DNA of 60,888 bases, filler included, from Stramenopiles sp. TOSAG23-3 (taxonomy: Eukaryota): NCBI GenBank assembly GCA_900128585.1. It is 15 parts of 15 records of this genome, joined end to end, with 100 filler letters (N's around TTAATTAATTAA, not from the genome) between each part and the next. Parts side by side here need not be neighbours in the genome. Positions count along the whole stretch, not along the records: positions 48,842 to 52,792 come from LT644013.1; positions 52,893 to 56,841 come from LT644014.1; positions 56,942 to 60,888 come from LT644015.1; 12 more parts are not named here. The stretch is one strand, 5' to 3'. The translations under genes were made by a program, and so were the position numbers. This document shows, piece by piece, positions 51,432-60,888 of the stretch. The first letter of the stretch is position 1; each line of letters opens with the position of its first letter. Below the pieces are notes generated by a model. That model ran no database searches. It was not told the DNA's origin and saw only the letters and a list, made by a program, of their open reading frames with translations.

Positions 51432-51809
51432 CATTTTAATATTTTACTTCATCCTATATAATTACAGCCATAATTTCGTTTTAATTTTTTATATATTATT
51501 ATTATACAAAAACTAACTGTTGGATTATAACTAATAAAAAACATATGTATACTCTCTACCTATTTCATTTGTATTTATATACAAGTAATAATCTTTAAAA
51601 AATGTTTTTATTTTTTTTTATCAAAACTTCGTTAGATTCTTTATTTATGTTAAAGGCATAGAATGATCTTAATGAGTTATCGTAGTATTATAAATGTATT
51701 TAATATTGTATTATAAGTTTTATTGATGATTCGGTCTTCCTTCAAAAAAAAAAGAGAGAAGAAGAAAAGCTACAACGAGAGAAATGTGATGAAGCGCTTT
51801 AATCAAAAT

Positions 51810-51843
<34 letters not shown>

Positions 51844-51865
51844 TTTAATGCTTTTAAGAAAGGAA

Positions 51866-52045
51866 AGAAAGGAAACGAAAACGAAACAAGACGAAAGGAA
51901 ACGAGACGAAACGAAACGAGACGAAACGAGACGAAACGAAAACGAAACAAGACGAAACGAAACGAGACGAGACGAAACGAAAACGATTCGAAAAGAGACG
52001 AAACGAAAACGAAACAAAACGAAACGAGACGAAAGCGAACCGAAA
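51866..52045. repeat. (GAAAC/GAGAC)n pentanucleotide satellite
   Basis: Run of ACGAA/ACGAG/ACAAG units. Confidence 0.92.
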
Positions 52046-52110
52046 CATTTATATCTTCGTATACAGATCAACCAATTCCATTCTTTTATATTGAACGAAA
52101 AGTGAAAAGT

Positions 52111-52792
52111 ATGAAGGGCTTCCTGCTTAGTCTTGTGGTCTTTGCGAGCGGCAAGAGGCATTTTTATATCGGGAGTGGCGCGCACAGGGTGTCGTTGTCG
52201 TGGTTGAACATGACCGGTGGGAACGTAGGGAGCGGCATGGGTGGTTCCATTCGCGTTAAAAACGTAGCTGCCCATTTGAACATATCCCATTGTGTCTTTT
52301 TCAATAATCGTGCTGGTTCTGGTGGTGCTATTTATGCTCGTGATGGACAAGCTAACTTGTTCTTTTCTTTTGCTCGTTTCACTGAGAACAAGGCAGATTA
52401 TGGTTACGGTGGGGCTGTATATTTACGGAATGCAAAGCTTGTTGATCACTCCTCAATGTATAATATGAATACAGCAGGGCAGAGAGGTGGTGCTCTCTCC
52501 CTGACCTCTGGTTCATTTTCTTTCTTTAATAGCTCGTTGGTAAGTAACACCGCAGGGCACAGAGGAGGTGGAATTTATATCATTGGTTATACCACTGATC
52601 CTTCTTTTTTCAATATGTCATCTGTCACCCTACAATCTAATAAACAAATAAATGGGGGGACAAATGGTCAGTATGGTGGGGGTGGACTTGATTTAGTCTA
52701 CAAAGTAACTGCAAATATTAGAGAATGTACGTTTATACGAAACGAAGCAACAGAAGGATCAACAGGAAATAAGCATGGTCACCAGATTTTTA
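52111..52792 (+). CDS. GGA/FxxN (polymorphic-membrane-protein-like) repeat protein fragment; start uncertain, 3'-truncated
   Basis: RHF..LNMTGG followed by FFNNRAGSGGAIY, FTENKA..GGAVY and NTAGQRGGAL. Confidence 0.7.
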
Positions 52793-52892
52793 NNNNNNNN
52801 NNNNNNNNNNNNNNNNNNNNNNNNNNNNNNNNNNNNTTAATTAATTAANNNNNNNNNNNNNNNNNNNNNNNNNNNNNNNNNNNNNNNNNNNN

Positions 52893-55800
52893 AACCAGAC
52901 AGTTTATTCGTGTGTGTCTAATGACGTAACAGGACAGCGTGCAGATGCAGAGGGGTGCATGCCAGGGACCAACTGCAACAGTTTTTTCACGACTAAATCG
53001 TACGCTTCATTAAATTGCGACAACATACGAGGCAGTTTCAAACCAGACACAGATAGTTCCATATCTGACGGATCGAGACAAAACACTGTAATTTACTATT
53101 CACCATTGCGCATGTGTACCAACTGCAAGTATAAAAAATGGTGCCCTGGTGGCCCAACGTCTGCTTGCCTGCACAATCGTTCTGGTTTTGGGTGTAAGGA
53201 TTGCCCAAAGGGTTTTTATAATTTAAACGATGGTTGTGCACCGTGTCCTGTAGGCGCGGAGAACAGTTTTCAATGGTTTGCGGGTTTGCTGGCCATTGTT
53301 GCATACTTTGCGTACCTATACAAAGAGCTTGGCCGTAAAAAGAGAAAGCCCGACGAGGACGATGAACAGAGTACGAAGTTGTCTAACGGGACGCACAAAG
53401 GACCCACCAAAGAAAAAGAAACAAAAGCTACCGTGGGGCCTAAGAAATCTCGAAGGAGTTCGAAGATGGGTGCGAACGAGCAAAAACTGTCCGGGGGCAC
53501 GTTAGCCCGGATTGGGATTTTGCTGTCTCATGTGACATCGATTAACCTCATTCTGCCGTCTGTTACATTGCCCCATATCCCCCCAATAATAAAGATGTCA
53601 TTTATGAATTTCTTTAGCTTCATATCCGTTGACATTTCAGGAATGGTAACTTCGCCCGAATGTCAAATGGAAATGGAAACAGAAACAAAAGTTCATTTCA
53701 ATGCTGGTCTTCCACTGGTCATTATTTTTGCTTGTTGGGTCTGGGGGATATGCTTACGCCGAAGGAATAGGCCGAAAGGTAAGGATATGGTGCGTGAAGG
53801 AGACGATCGCGTGCTTGCTGTATTGCTGCACATCTACGTTGTCAATATGTACATACTCATTTTGGACAAAATATTCACGCCATTTGACTGTACTATGAAG
53901 TATGGCACATGGGATGAAGACCCCACTTACCAATGCGGCGAAATTATCGGAAGATCGATGTTTCCCGTTGCCTTGTACTTGAGCTTTTATATCATTTTCC
54001 CTACAATCTACATAATTGACAATGCGTATGGGGTTGACGTTTGCCGCTGTCCATACACCGCCCGCCAAGAATATTCAGAAGATGTGCTGCTTAAGAAGGA
54101 AAGGATAATGAGGATGACTAAATCAAGGCGAAATTCCTGGTGGGGGAAGCAGCGGGATACCAAAACTGGCCCTCAACCTAGAGTATTCTCTTGCTTTAAA
54201 CACTGTACGTGCTGTCGGAAACGCAAACGCTGTCAAGCGTGCTTCTGCCTGGGGTGCCGTACATATAAAGAAAGTTCTTGTTGTGATTGCAATAATTGTG
54301 CGTGTTGTAATGAGAAATGCAAATGTGGTGATGAATTTTGCAGTAAAAACTGCGGAGATGACGTCTGCTGTGGCAGTGGCAAACACTGTGGCAAATACAC
54401 GTGTAATGAATTCTGTAGCACGGGCTGCTGCTGCGGTTGTACAACAAAGTGTTGTAGCGCATGTTGCATCAGAGGCTGCGCGATATTCTGCAGGGGTTGT
54501 AAATGCTGTTGCTGCAAGAATGGGTGTTGGGATGAAGACCAGCAAGAATTGGATACCGAAGAGGCCGAAGAAAAGTTTTGCTGTCCGTGTGGTTGCTGCT
54601 GCTCCAACATCAATCCCTGTTGTTGTTTGGACTTGTGCAAAATTAAAGACAAAAAGTATATTGTTAGTGGCGAACCCTTTGATGAACCCTTTGATATGAA
54701 TACTGGACATTGGGATAATATTCCTTCGCCACTAAAAGAAGAGTTAGAAAAATTGTCCAACAAGAACATGCCATCATCATGGAAAACGGAAATCAAGACT
54801 CCGTACGTTGGCCCCTGTACAAAATATTGTATTTACAACTTTTTCCCTCTTGCGTTGTTCTATTTGTGCTGTCCTTTGGACAGAAAAAAAGTTTATAAAA
54901 ATGTCTCGCTAGAACCGTCCGTTTTAGAGTCCGCCGGGAACGAGAAGGTGCAAAAGATCCCTTTCGTTATTCCTAATGGGAACATACATGTGTACAAACT
55001 CAAAGATGCAGACGGGTCTGGGGTAAACGTTCACCTCAAACATTCACCATGGATGACCCCGGGGGAACAAATAGAAATCCCTTTCACTGATGAAATGGCA
55101 GAGAGAAGTATTTGTCCTGCACGGTGCTGCTGTTGCTATTGTCTTTGCCTGAGAGATGTAGACGATGAAAGCATAATCGTGCCTTACAGTTGCGCCAATT
55201 GCTGTCGATATTTGCCAGATGGCCGCCACGGTTCTTGCGCTTCTTGTTGGTGTTGCTTTAGAGAAGCAGATCAGAAAAATGACAAATGCTTGTTTTGCTG
55301 CCGATCTTCTTCAAATGCAACAGCGTCTGGTTGCTGCGATGTTCCCGCAGCAGACGCTGGCCCTGGACGATGTTGCTGTTTACTGGGGGACGACGACGAT
55401 GACACTCTTGTCAAAAGGGATTGTGCCACTTGCTGCCGTCGCTGTTGTAGTAAACGATGTTACAAAAAATGGAGATTTTTTTCTTGGTTTTGGGGAGTAT
55501 CGTTGTTCGTGTTTGTCGCTATTCTTGGACTTTCTGGATCTCCTGCGTATTTGAACGTGCTGGTGGTAATGTTGGCTTGTGTGATCGTTGCTGCTCCTTC
55601 ATGTAAGCGGTATAACACCTGTTCTCATGAAGAATTAACCGAGCGCGAAGAGACGAACCGATACTTGGACCGATTTGGGTGGCTATTTTTAAAGTACAAC
55701 CCAGACAGGTTTTATTGGGAAATGGTCGTGGTCGTGCGTAAAGTTTTGATGCTGTTAGTGGCAAAGTTTTTAACAAATGTTCCAGTGTGGTCTATGCCGC

Positions 55801-56381
55801 TGCAATGTGTTATAATCGTTGGTTCTGTTTGTCTTCAGAAGCGCCATATGCCATACGTAGACGATTGCCCAGCAGAACGGGCAGGGAAATGGGACTTTGA
55901 TGCAAACAATCGCTTGGAAATAGTGTTTCTTGTGGCACAGCTCGCACTTGTTATGGGAGAGTTTGCGAACGGCTGGATGGCGTCTGGGGACGATGTGTTG
56001 TACACGCAAACAGAGCTTGACGAAAAGTACCCTGCAGTGTCAATGTTTGCAACTATCTTTGAATGGGTCGGCATAGTTGTGCTGTTTTTGGGAACGGTAT
56101 ATTTCTTTACCGTCCATGGCTACCATGCTAAAATAAAATTAATTGCGAAACGAAAAGAAAAAAAGGAAGCAAGCATAAAAAAAATGAGAAGAAAATCAAC
56201 CATGAACCCGTTTGTGGAAAGCAGGAGTGGACTGGAAGCTCTGGAGAAACGACAACAAGAACGTCCAGCACCGAGGGCCAGCGTTAACGTTGAAATGGTT
56301 GGGGTGAAAACAACGGGCATATTCACTGCATCGGATACTGTTACAAACCCATTATTTAAGAAGAAGTTGGTGGTGAAATAA
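52893..56381 (+). CDS. Cys-rich ectodomain + multi-TM protein (same broad family as 17196..20105) with a giant cysteine-rich loop insertion (5'-truncated)
   Basis: CLHNRSGFGCKDCPKGFY..CAPCP; TM block ending RFGWLFLKY..FYWEMVVVVRK..MPY..NNRLE; frame open from the contig edge. Confidence 0.85.
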   Translation, partial: NQTVYSCVSNDVTGQRADAEGCMPGTNCNSFFTTKSYASLNCDNIRGSFKPDTDSSISDGSRQNTVIYYSPLRMCTNCKYKKWCPGGPTSACLHNRSGFGCKDCPKGFYNLNDGCAPCPVGAENSFQWFAGLLAIVAYFAYLYKELGRKKRKPDEDDEQSTKLSNGTHKGPTKEKETKATVGPKKSRRSSKMGANEQKLSGGTLARIGILLSHVTSINLILPSVTLPHIPPIIKMSFMNFFSFISVDISGMVTSPECQMEMETETKVHFNAGLPLVIIFACWVWGICLRRRNRPKGKDMVREGDDRVLAVLLHIYVVNMYILILDKIFTPFDCTMKYGTWDEDPTYQCGEIIGRSMFPVALYLSFYIIFPTIYIIDNAYGVDVCRCPYTARQEYSEDVLLKKERIMRMTKSRRNSWWGKQRDTKTGPQPRVFSCFKHCTCCRKRKRCQACFCLGCRTYKESSCCDCNNCACCNEKCKCGDEFCSKNCGDDVCCGSGKHCGKYTCNEFCSTGCCCGCTTKCCSACCIRGCAIFCRGCKCCCCKNGCWDEDQQELDTEEAEEKFCCPCGCCCSNINPCCCLDLCKIKDKKYIVSGEPFDEPFDMNTGHWDNIPSPLKEELEKLSNKNMPSSWKTEIKTPYVGPCTKYCIYNFFPLALFYLCCPLDRKKVYKNVSLEPSVLESAGNEKVQKIPFVIPNGNIHVYKLKDADGSGVNVHLKHSPWMTPGEQIEIPFTDEMAERSICPARCCCCYCLCLRDVDDESIIVPYSCANCCRYLPDGRHGSCASCWCCFREADQKNDKCLFCCRSSSNATASGCCDVPAADAGPGRCCCLLGDDDDDTLVKRDCATCCRRCCSKRCYKKWRFFSWFWGVSLFVFVAILGLSGSPAYLNVLVVMLACVIVAAPSCKRYNTCSHEELTEREETNRYLDRFGWLFLKYNPDRFYWEMVVVVRKVLMLLVAKFLTNVPVWSMPLQCVIIVGSVCLQKRHMPYVDDCPAERAGKWDFDANNRLEIVFLVAQLALVMGEFANGWMASGDDVLYTQTELDEKYPAVSMFATIFEWVGIVVLFLGTVYFFTVHGYHAKIKLIAKRKEKKEASIKKMRRKSTMNPFVESRSGLEALEKRQQERPAPRASVNVEMVGVKTTGIFTASDTVTNPLFKKKLVVK

Positions 56382-56396
56382 TCACAATTAATTTCA

Positions 56397-56841
56397 TTAT
56401 TTTATTTTAGTGTTAATAAGAAGTAACAGCAACAGAACCAGGACTAAAATAACTGAAGTACGGATATGGTACACCCAACTAATTAATAATTTCTCTTCGG
56501 TATTGTCTGCTGCAGCAGTACTCATCAACTCGCCTCCGCACCCGAAGAAACATCCCCAGGTCTTCGTCTCTGGGTCGGAATGGCGTGGCACTTTACTTAA
56601 CATTGCCCTGTTGAAATCGAATCCGGGAATACTTTTTCCCATCCTTCTCTTCAGCGCCGTGCGGACCACTTTTTCGTCTGCCGATAGCTCAAATTTTGGT
56701 TGCTCATTTGTCCCTCCCTTGCTGCCGTTTCGATCCGTGAGTGACGTCTTTTGTCTCTTGTGTCCTCCTGGGGATACTGCTTGTTTTTGCAGTTCTTCCC
56801 ATGTTATTTTCGTTACTTCGTCTCTCGTCCTGCGGTTCAAA
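56397..56841 (-). CDS. 3' fragment of a hypothetical protein
   Basis: Open frame from the contig edge with coding-like composition up to about 56490; no recognised motif. Confidence 0.4.
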
Positions 56842-56941
56842 NNNNNNNNNNNNNNNNNNNNNNNNNNNNNNNNNNNNNNNNNNNNTTAATTAATTAANNN
56901 NNNNNNNNNNNNNNNNNNNNNNNNNNNNNNNNNNNNNNNNN

Positions 56942-57045
56942 CTTCTTCTTCTTTCTTCTTCTTCTTCTTCTTCTTCTTCTTCTTCTTTCTTCTTCTTCTT
57001 CTTTCTTCTTCTTCTTCTTCATCTTCTTCTTTTTTTTTTTTTTTT
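56942..57045. repeat. (CTT)n microsatellite plus poly-T
   Basis: Directly visible at contig start. Confidence 0.95.
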
Positions 57046-57396
57046 GTGATGATGATAATACGATTGTTGTGCTAATAATGTACAATCATCTATTTATATG
57101 AACTCCTCACTCCTCCATATATCATCGTCTGTTCTTCCTTCCTATTATATTCTATTTTTTCCTTGCTATGTCGTGTATCTCTTGGTGCACCAATTTATAT
57201 TATTATTATTATAGAGGATGTATTTTTTACACGCTTCACTCATGTGCACTTCATGACAAAATAATAATTAATTACAGAAAGCATCAGTTATACATACACT
57301 GTAGAAAATAAATCATTACCGAAGGAAGAGACAAGAAGAGGGGAAAAGAGCGCGCGTGTGCCAGGGAGACAGATTTGCTATTGCCCAATATTGATC

Positions 57397-57810
57397 ATGG
57401 GGAAAGGGATTGTCCTGACGTTAGCACTTGCAGTTGCACATGTGATAATTGGGGTCCAGGCAGATTGCGATAGGAGTGGGATGTGCCGTCAGATGGTAAA
57501 CATAATCAACGACGAAGAAGATGATTGCCATACAAAACTTGACTGTGTGAAGACGTATGGTATAGATTGCATGAATGACATGGCTTTGTTCAACCGGTTT
57601 GCTTGCAATGCAGCGGATTGCATTGAAATTGCAGCAGTGCTAAAGGGCGGGGCTGATGAGGACGCGTGCGCGGAAAATTTCCCTCAAGTGGTTGGGACGA
57701 GTATGGAAAGGTCTCAAATTGCATCAGGAATAAGAGGGGAAATGGAAGGGCCAAAGGGAAGCTGGAAACAAAAATTTGGTAGCACACACACATCACTGCA
57801 ACCCGTCTGA
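57397..57810 (+). CDS. Small secreted Cys-rich protein, saposin-like spacing suspected
   Basis: Signal peptide MGKGIVLTLALAVAHVIIGVQA; eight Cys in a helical-looking ~70-aa stretch (CRQMVNII..C..C..IAAVLKGG..C). Confidence 0.55.
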   Translation: MGKGIVLTLALAVAHVIIGVQADCDRSGMCRQMVNIINDEEDDCHTKLDCVKTYGIDCMNDMALFNRFACNAADCIEIAAVLKGGADEDACAENFPQVVGTSMERSQIASGIRGEMEGPKGSWKQKFGSTHTSLQPV

Positions 57811-58232
57811 GCCTACCGTACCTGAAGAAAGAATGTCCGTTGCCGTATCGGCAGACTCAAGCGCAGCTTCTTTCCCTCCTCGATCCACCGCTCTATAGAC
57901 GAACGCATCGAAGCGTTGCAATAGTTTCTCCCTGCGCACCCCTTGAAAAACAGCGCGGGTTAATAATATATCGTCTGTTGTAACATCTGTTGCACAAAAG
58001 GGTCCCACTTACAGTTATCAAAGTTCAAGATATAGTACCGAAAATTACTTTATAAAAACAAATTATATTAGTATGTTTTAAGACTCTCATTTACTTTATA
58101 AATAACAGCCACTTTTCAGAACCTGTTTTTAAAAAACAACACGGGCATGTTCTGATTGGTGTTAATTAATTTCACCATATACACTTAATTTATTCGTACT
58201 TAAAAAATTTTTCCAACGCAACGCAACTCTCC

Positions 58233-59840
58233 TCAGAAGCTCAGGCTTGCCGGATGAAACCCGTCCTCGAGCATTTCTTCCGGCAGCCATCGGACGTACA
58301 GTTCAGCCTTCGGAAAGCTACTCCCCGTTTCCATTGCGAGTTCCATGAATTTTGAGGTATTCCACGCCCTTACCAGGGCTACGGTGCGTCTTACGCGCGC
58401 AGTAAACAAGCAAATGATATTTTCTGCTTCAAACGTCAAATCGTGCTCTGTCGAAGTTCGTTCAGTGTTGTTTGTTGCCGTGAGAGGGTCGCGCGCAACC
58501 GCCCAGTTAGCAACATCGCCGTTCCCATCCGCCTCCTGCGTCAAATTAGGCATGTTTTCCAAACACAGAATTTGAAATAACGCTTCAAACGTGAACCCTA
58601 GGCTGACCTCTGCAAGCATTCGGTGCCAGGGGTAATCGACAGAGTCCACTCCACTCGCCATTAGTTCGTCATAGTAAGCGGAAAGGATCTCTCTCGTTTT
58701 TACCAGCTGCGATTCAGGGTCCGTAATGTTGGAGCACAGAAAGACAGCAATGTCTACCCCTGGGCTGTTTTCGTGTATTCGTTGGAAATCGCAAACGATG
58801 ACTTTCGACTCTCCCTGCAGGAGCATGTTCCCCCCCCTAAAGTCCCCGTGGTTCAGCACCATGTTGTGTTCTCCACCAAGCTCTTTTGGGGTTTGGCGTG
58901 CCGTAGCATGGCACAAGTACGCCTTCACGGCGCGGCGGTAAAAGTTCACAATATCGGTCGTCATGGTCCCGAACGGCATGAAACCGTCCTTCTCAAAATC
59001 TTTCAATAAACCCAAGAAACGATCGACGTTGAGCTGCGCTACCTTCAAATTGGCCTGGAACCTTGTAGAATGGTACACCCTTCCGCCCCATCGGGGGCCC
59101 TTCGCCTGAACGCCGTTAAAATATTGGGCGTGCAGTCGGGCGAGGGACCGCACCGCTGCGATACTGTTCGGCATCGGGATTCCTCGCACTTCGTTTGGGC
59201 TGCCGTGGGGTAGGTGCCCTAGCATTTCTAGGACCAAACAAAAGGACTGCCGCCCAGGTATGTACCCGCAAAAATATACATTCGCCGTCAGAAGCGAGCA
59301 GGAGGACGCAATCTTGCTGGCATAAAAATTCGCTTCCGTAAAACTCCAGCCCCTCATACGCGCCCGCAGGCGGGAGGAAAAATTCTGGGGGAATAGTTTC
59401 ACAAACACTTGGCTTGGCCCGCTACGCCCCTTGGCGTAAAAAATGTTCACGCAGTACGTCTGCGCGCGAGTTTCGAAACTGTGGCTGGACAATCGTCGGA
59501 TCGATATTCGCTGAACTTTTACGTCCAGTGGGACCTTTCCACCTTTGCGCAAACAGTGCTGTATGGTGGCCACCGTGATGTCCTCTTCTTTGAACGGTAT
59601 CGATTGCTGGTCAACGAGACCGCACTGTTCGCGAACTATCCAGTAAGCCGTTTGCAACATGGCCATCCCGTAATGTTGGCCTTCCACATGGTCGACAGCA
59701 GCATACGAGTTAAACTTGTACAATGCCGCAGCAAGCGCAGTCGCCGCGCCAACTTTGACGAAGTGGCGTTTCAATACAGCTGGCAAAGGCCCAAACATTA
59801 CCCACCAACTGCAACCGATAATTAAAGTTCCTCCAAGCAA
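58233..59840 (-). CDS. EcKinase/choline-kinase-like (APH superfamily) phosphotransferase with hydrophobic N-terminus
   Basis: VFVKL, EANFY, LVLEML, LARLHA, HGDFRGGNML and CDFQ. Start unclear: there is an in-frame TGA just upstream of the TTG. Confidence 0.85.
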   Translation of the reverse strand: MLGGTLIIGCSWWVMFGPLPAVLKRHFVKVGAATALAAALYKFNSYAAVDHVEGQHYGMAMLQTAYWIVREQCGLVDQQSIPFKEEDITVATIQHCLRKGGKVPLDVKVQRISIRRLSSHSFETRAQTYCVNIFYAKGRSGPSQVFVKLFPQNFSSRLRARMRGWSFTEANFYASKIASSCSLLTANVYFCGYIPGRQSFCLVLEMLGHLPHGSPNEVRGIPMPNSIAAVRSLARLHAQYFNGVQAKGPRWGGRVYHSTRFQANLKVAQLNVDRFLGLLKDFEKDGFMPFGTMTTDIVNFYRRAVKAYLCHATARQTPKELGGEHNMVLNHGDFRGGNMLLQGESKVIVCDFQRIHENSPGVDIAVFLCSNITDPESQLVKTREILSAYYDELMASGVDSVDYPWHRMLAEVSLGFTFEALFQILCLENMPNLTQEADGNGDVANWAVARDPLTATNNTERTSTEHDLTFEAENIICLFTARVRRTVALVRAWNTSKFMELAMETGSSFPKAELYVRWLPEEMLEDGFHPASLSF

Positions 59841-60072
59841 GAAAGCAAGGCGGCGTCAACGGATGACGCGCGGGGCCAACTTTAGTGGTAACCGTAGAGC
59901 GGCAAGAAGAAGTACCGTGTAGTATCACTCGCTGCGGTTGCCTTCCTGAATAAAGTGTTTACCTGAATCTCTTAAAATTTCGTTTACGTCTTAGTCCTTC
60001 ACTGTAATACGTAATACAGCGGCTTGTTGTGAACAACATATTTATAGAAAATAATTAAAATACGAAAAATGC

Positions 60073-60365
60073 CTTCTTTCTTCTTCTTCTTCTCTTCTTT
60101 TTTTTTTTTTTTTTTTTCTTCTTCTTTTTTCTTTTTTTTTCTTCTTCTTCTCTTCTTCTCTTCTCTTCTTCTCTTCTTCTCTTCTTCTCTTCTTCTCTTC
60201 TTCTCTTCTTTCTTCTCCTCTTCTATACTATTTATACCTTGGTATAATATTAATACTACTTCATCTTCTTTCTTCTTCTTTTTTTTTCTTCTCTTCTTTT
60301 CTTCTTTTCTTTTCTTTTCTTTTCTTTTTCTTTTTTTCTTCTCTTCTTTTTCTTTTTCTTCTTCT
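60073..60365. repeat. CT-rich low-complexity tract
   Basis: Directly visible. Confidence 0.9.
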
Positions 60366-60888
60366 GTAGTATAATAATATACTACCTGCTATTTAATAGT
60401 TGTTTATTTCACTTAATGTAGTTTTAAATATATAGGTGTATAATGTATACTCGTAATATATATATTGAAGCTGTTGTCAAACAGTCAATCAGTATTCTTC
60501 AGTAAAAAATACCATCTCCTATGATGTCCTAAACCCTAAACCCTTAAATAAAGCTATATACTCTTTTTTTTTTTCCCTAATTTTTGGTACTTGGTATTCA
60601 TATTCATCATAGAGAAAGAAAGAAATTCAAAAAACTATTTTGACACCTGATAATAAATAAGAGTTTAAAGGCCAAATATTTGGTATTTAAATAGTAGAGA
60701 ATACAGGTATTAATATATATATAGAAAGAGAGAGAAAAGAGCTCACAAGACACACACAGCAGGACAGAGGAGGTCAGGTCAATCAATGCTATTCTAACCA
60801 GTTAGCCTAAAACCTCATACCTTATTACGAGGTATGAAATATGAAATATAAATTAAATTTGAGATTCTTCTTCTCTCTCTCTCTAGAC

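Noticed and set aside
51866-52045. GAAAC-rich array as CRISPR
   Set aside because: Five-base units with no unique spacers and no cas genes; it is a simple satellite.
52111-56381. GGA-repeat ORF and downstream Cys-rich TM ORF as a single gene across the gap
   Set aside because: The architecture would fit, but the junction is an artificial spacer, so no linkage can be inferred.
60528-60548. CCCTAAA telomere-like repeats
   Set aside because: Only two to three imperfect units, internal to the contig; not a telomere.

Overview
This window is not one locus. It is 15 unrelated ~3.95-4.0 kb contigs, sorted by decreasing length and joined by artificial 100-bp spacers (N44-TTAATTAATTAA-N44), so adjacency across spacers carries no meaning. 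The DNA is eukaryotic: essentially intronless genes (STT3, Sec23, polycystin-2, and CUE, SAM, IQ and EF-hand proteins) separated by very AT-rich, microsatellite-rich intergenic DNA. The GGA-repeat/7TM and LRR-TM surface proteins and secreted CAZymes (GH78, GH27) suggest a heterotrophic protist, plausibly a marine stramenopile bin (inference). All family calls come from motif recognition by eye, not database searches. The most interesting observations are: (1) a Patched/Dispatched-type RND membrane protein fused to an apparently intact Notum/pectin-acetylesterase hydrolase; (2) an STT3 with kinetoplastid single-subunit OST signatures, plus a WSC-like lumenal domain and a KDDL tail; (3) a PAM2 + FG-repeat + Nab2-type CCCH protein; (4) a multi-TM protein with a ~550-aa cysteine-rich insertion; (5) a tandem Fringe/GT31 + FkbM gene pair that may be one gene; (6) several frameshifted or truncated genes, a MITE-like inverted repeat and short motifs shared between contigs. 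No rRNA, convincing tRNA or CRISPR array was seen.
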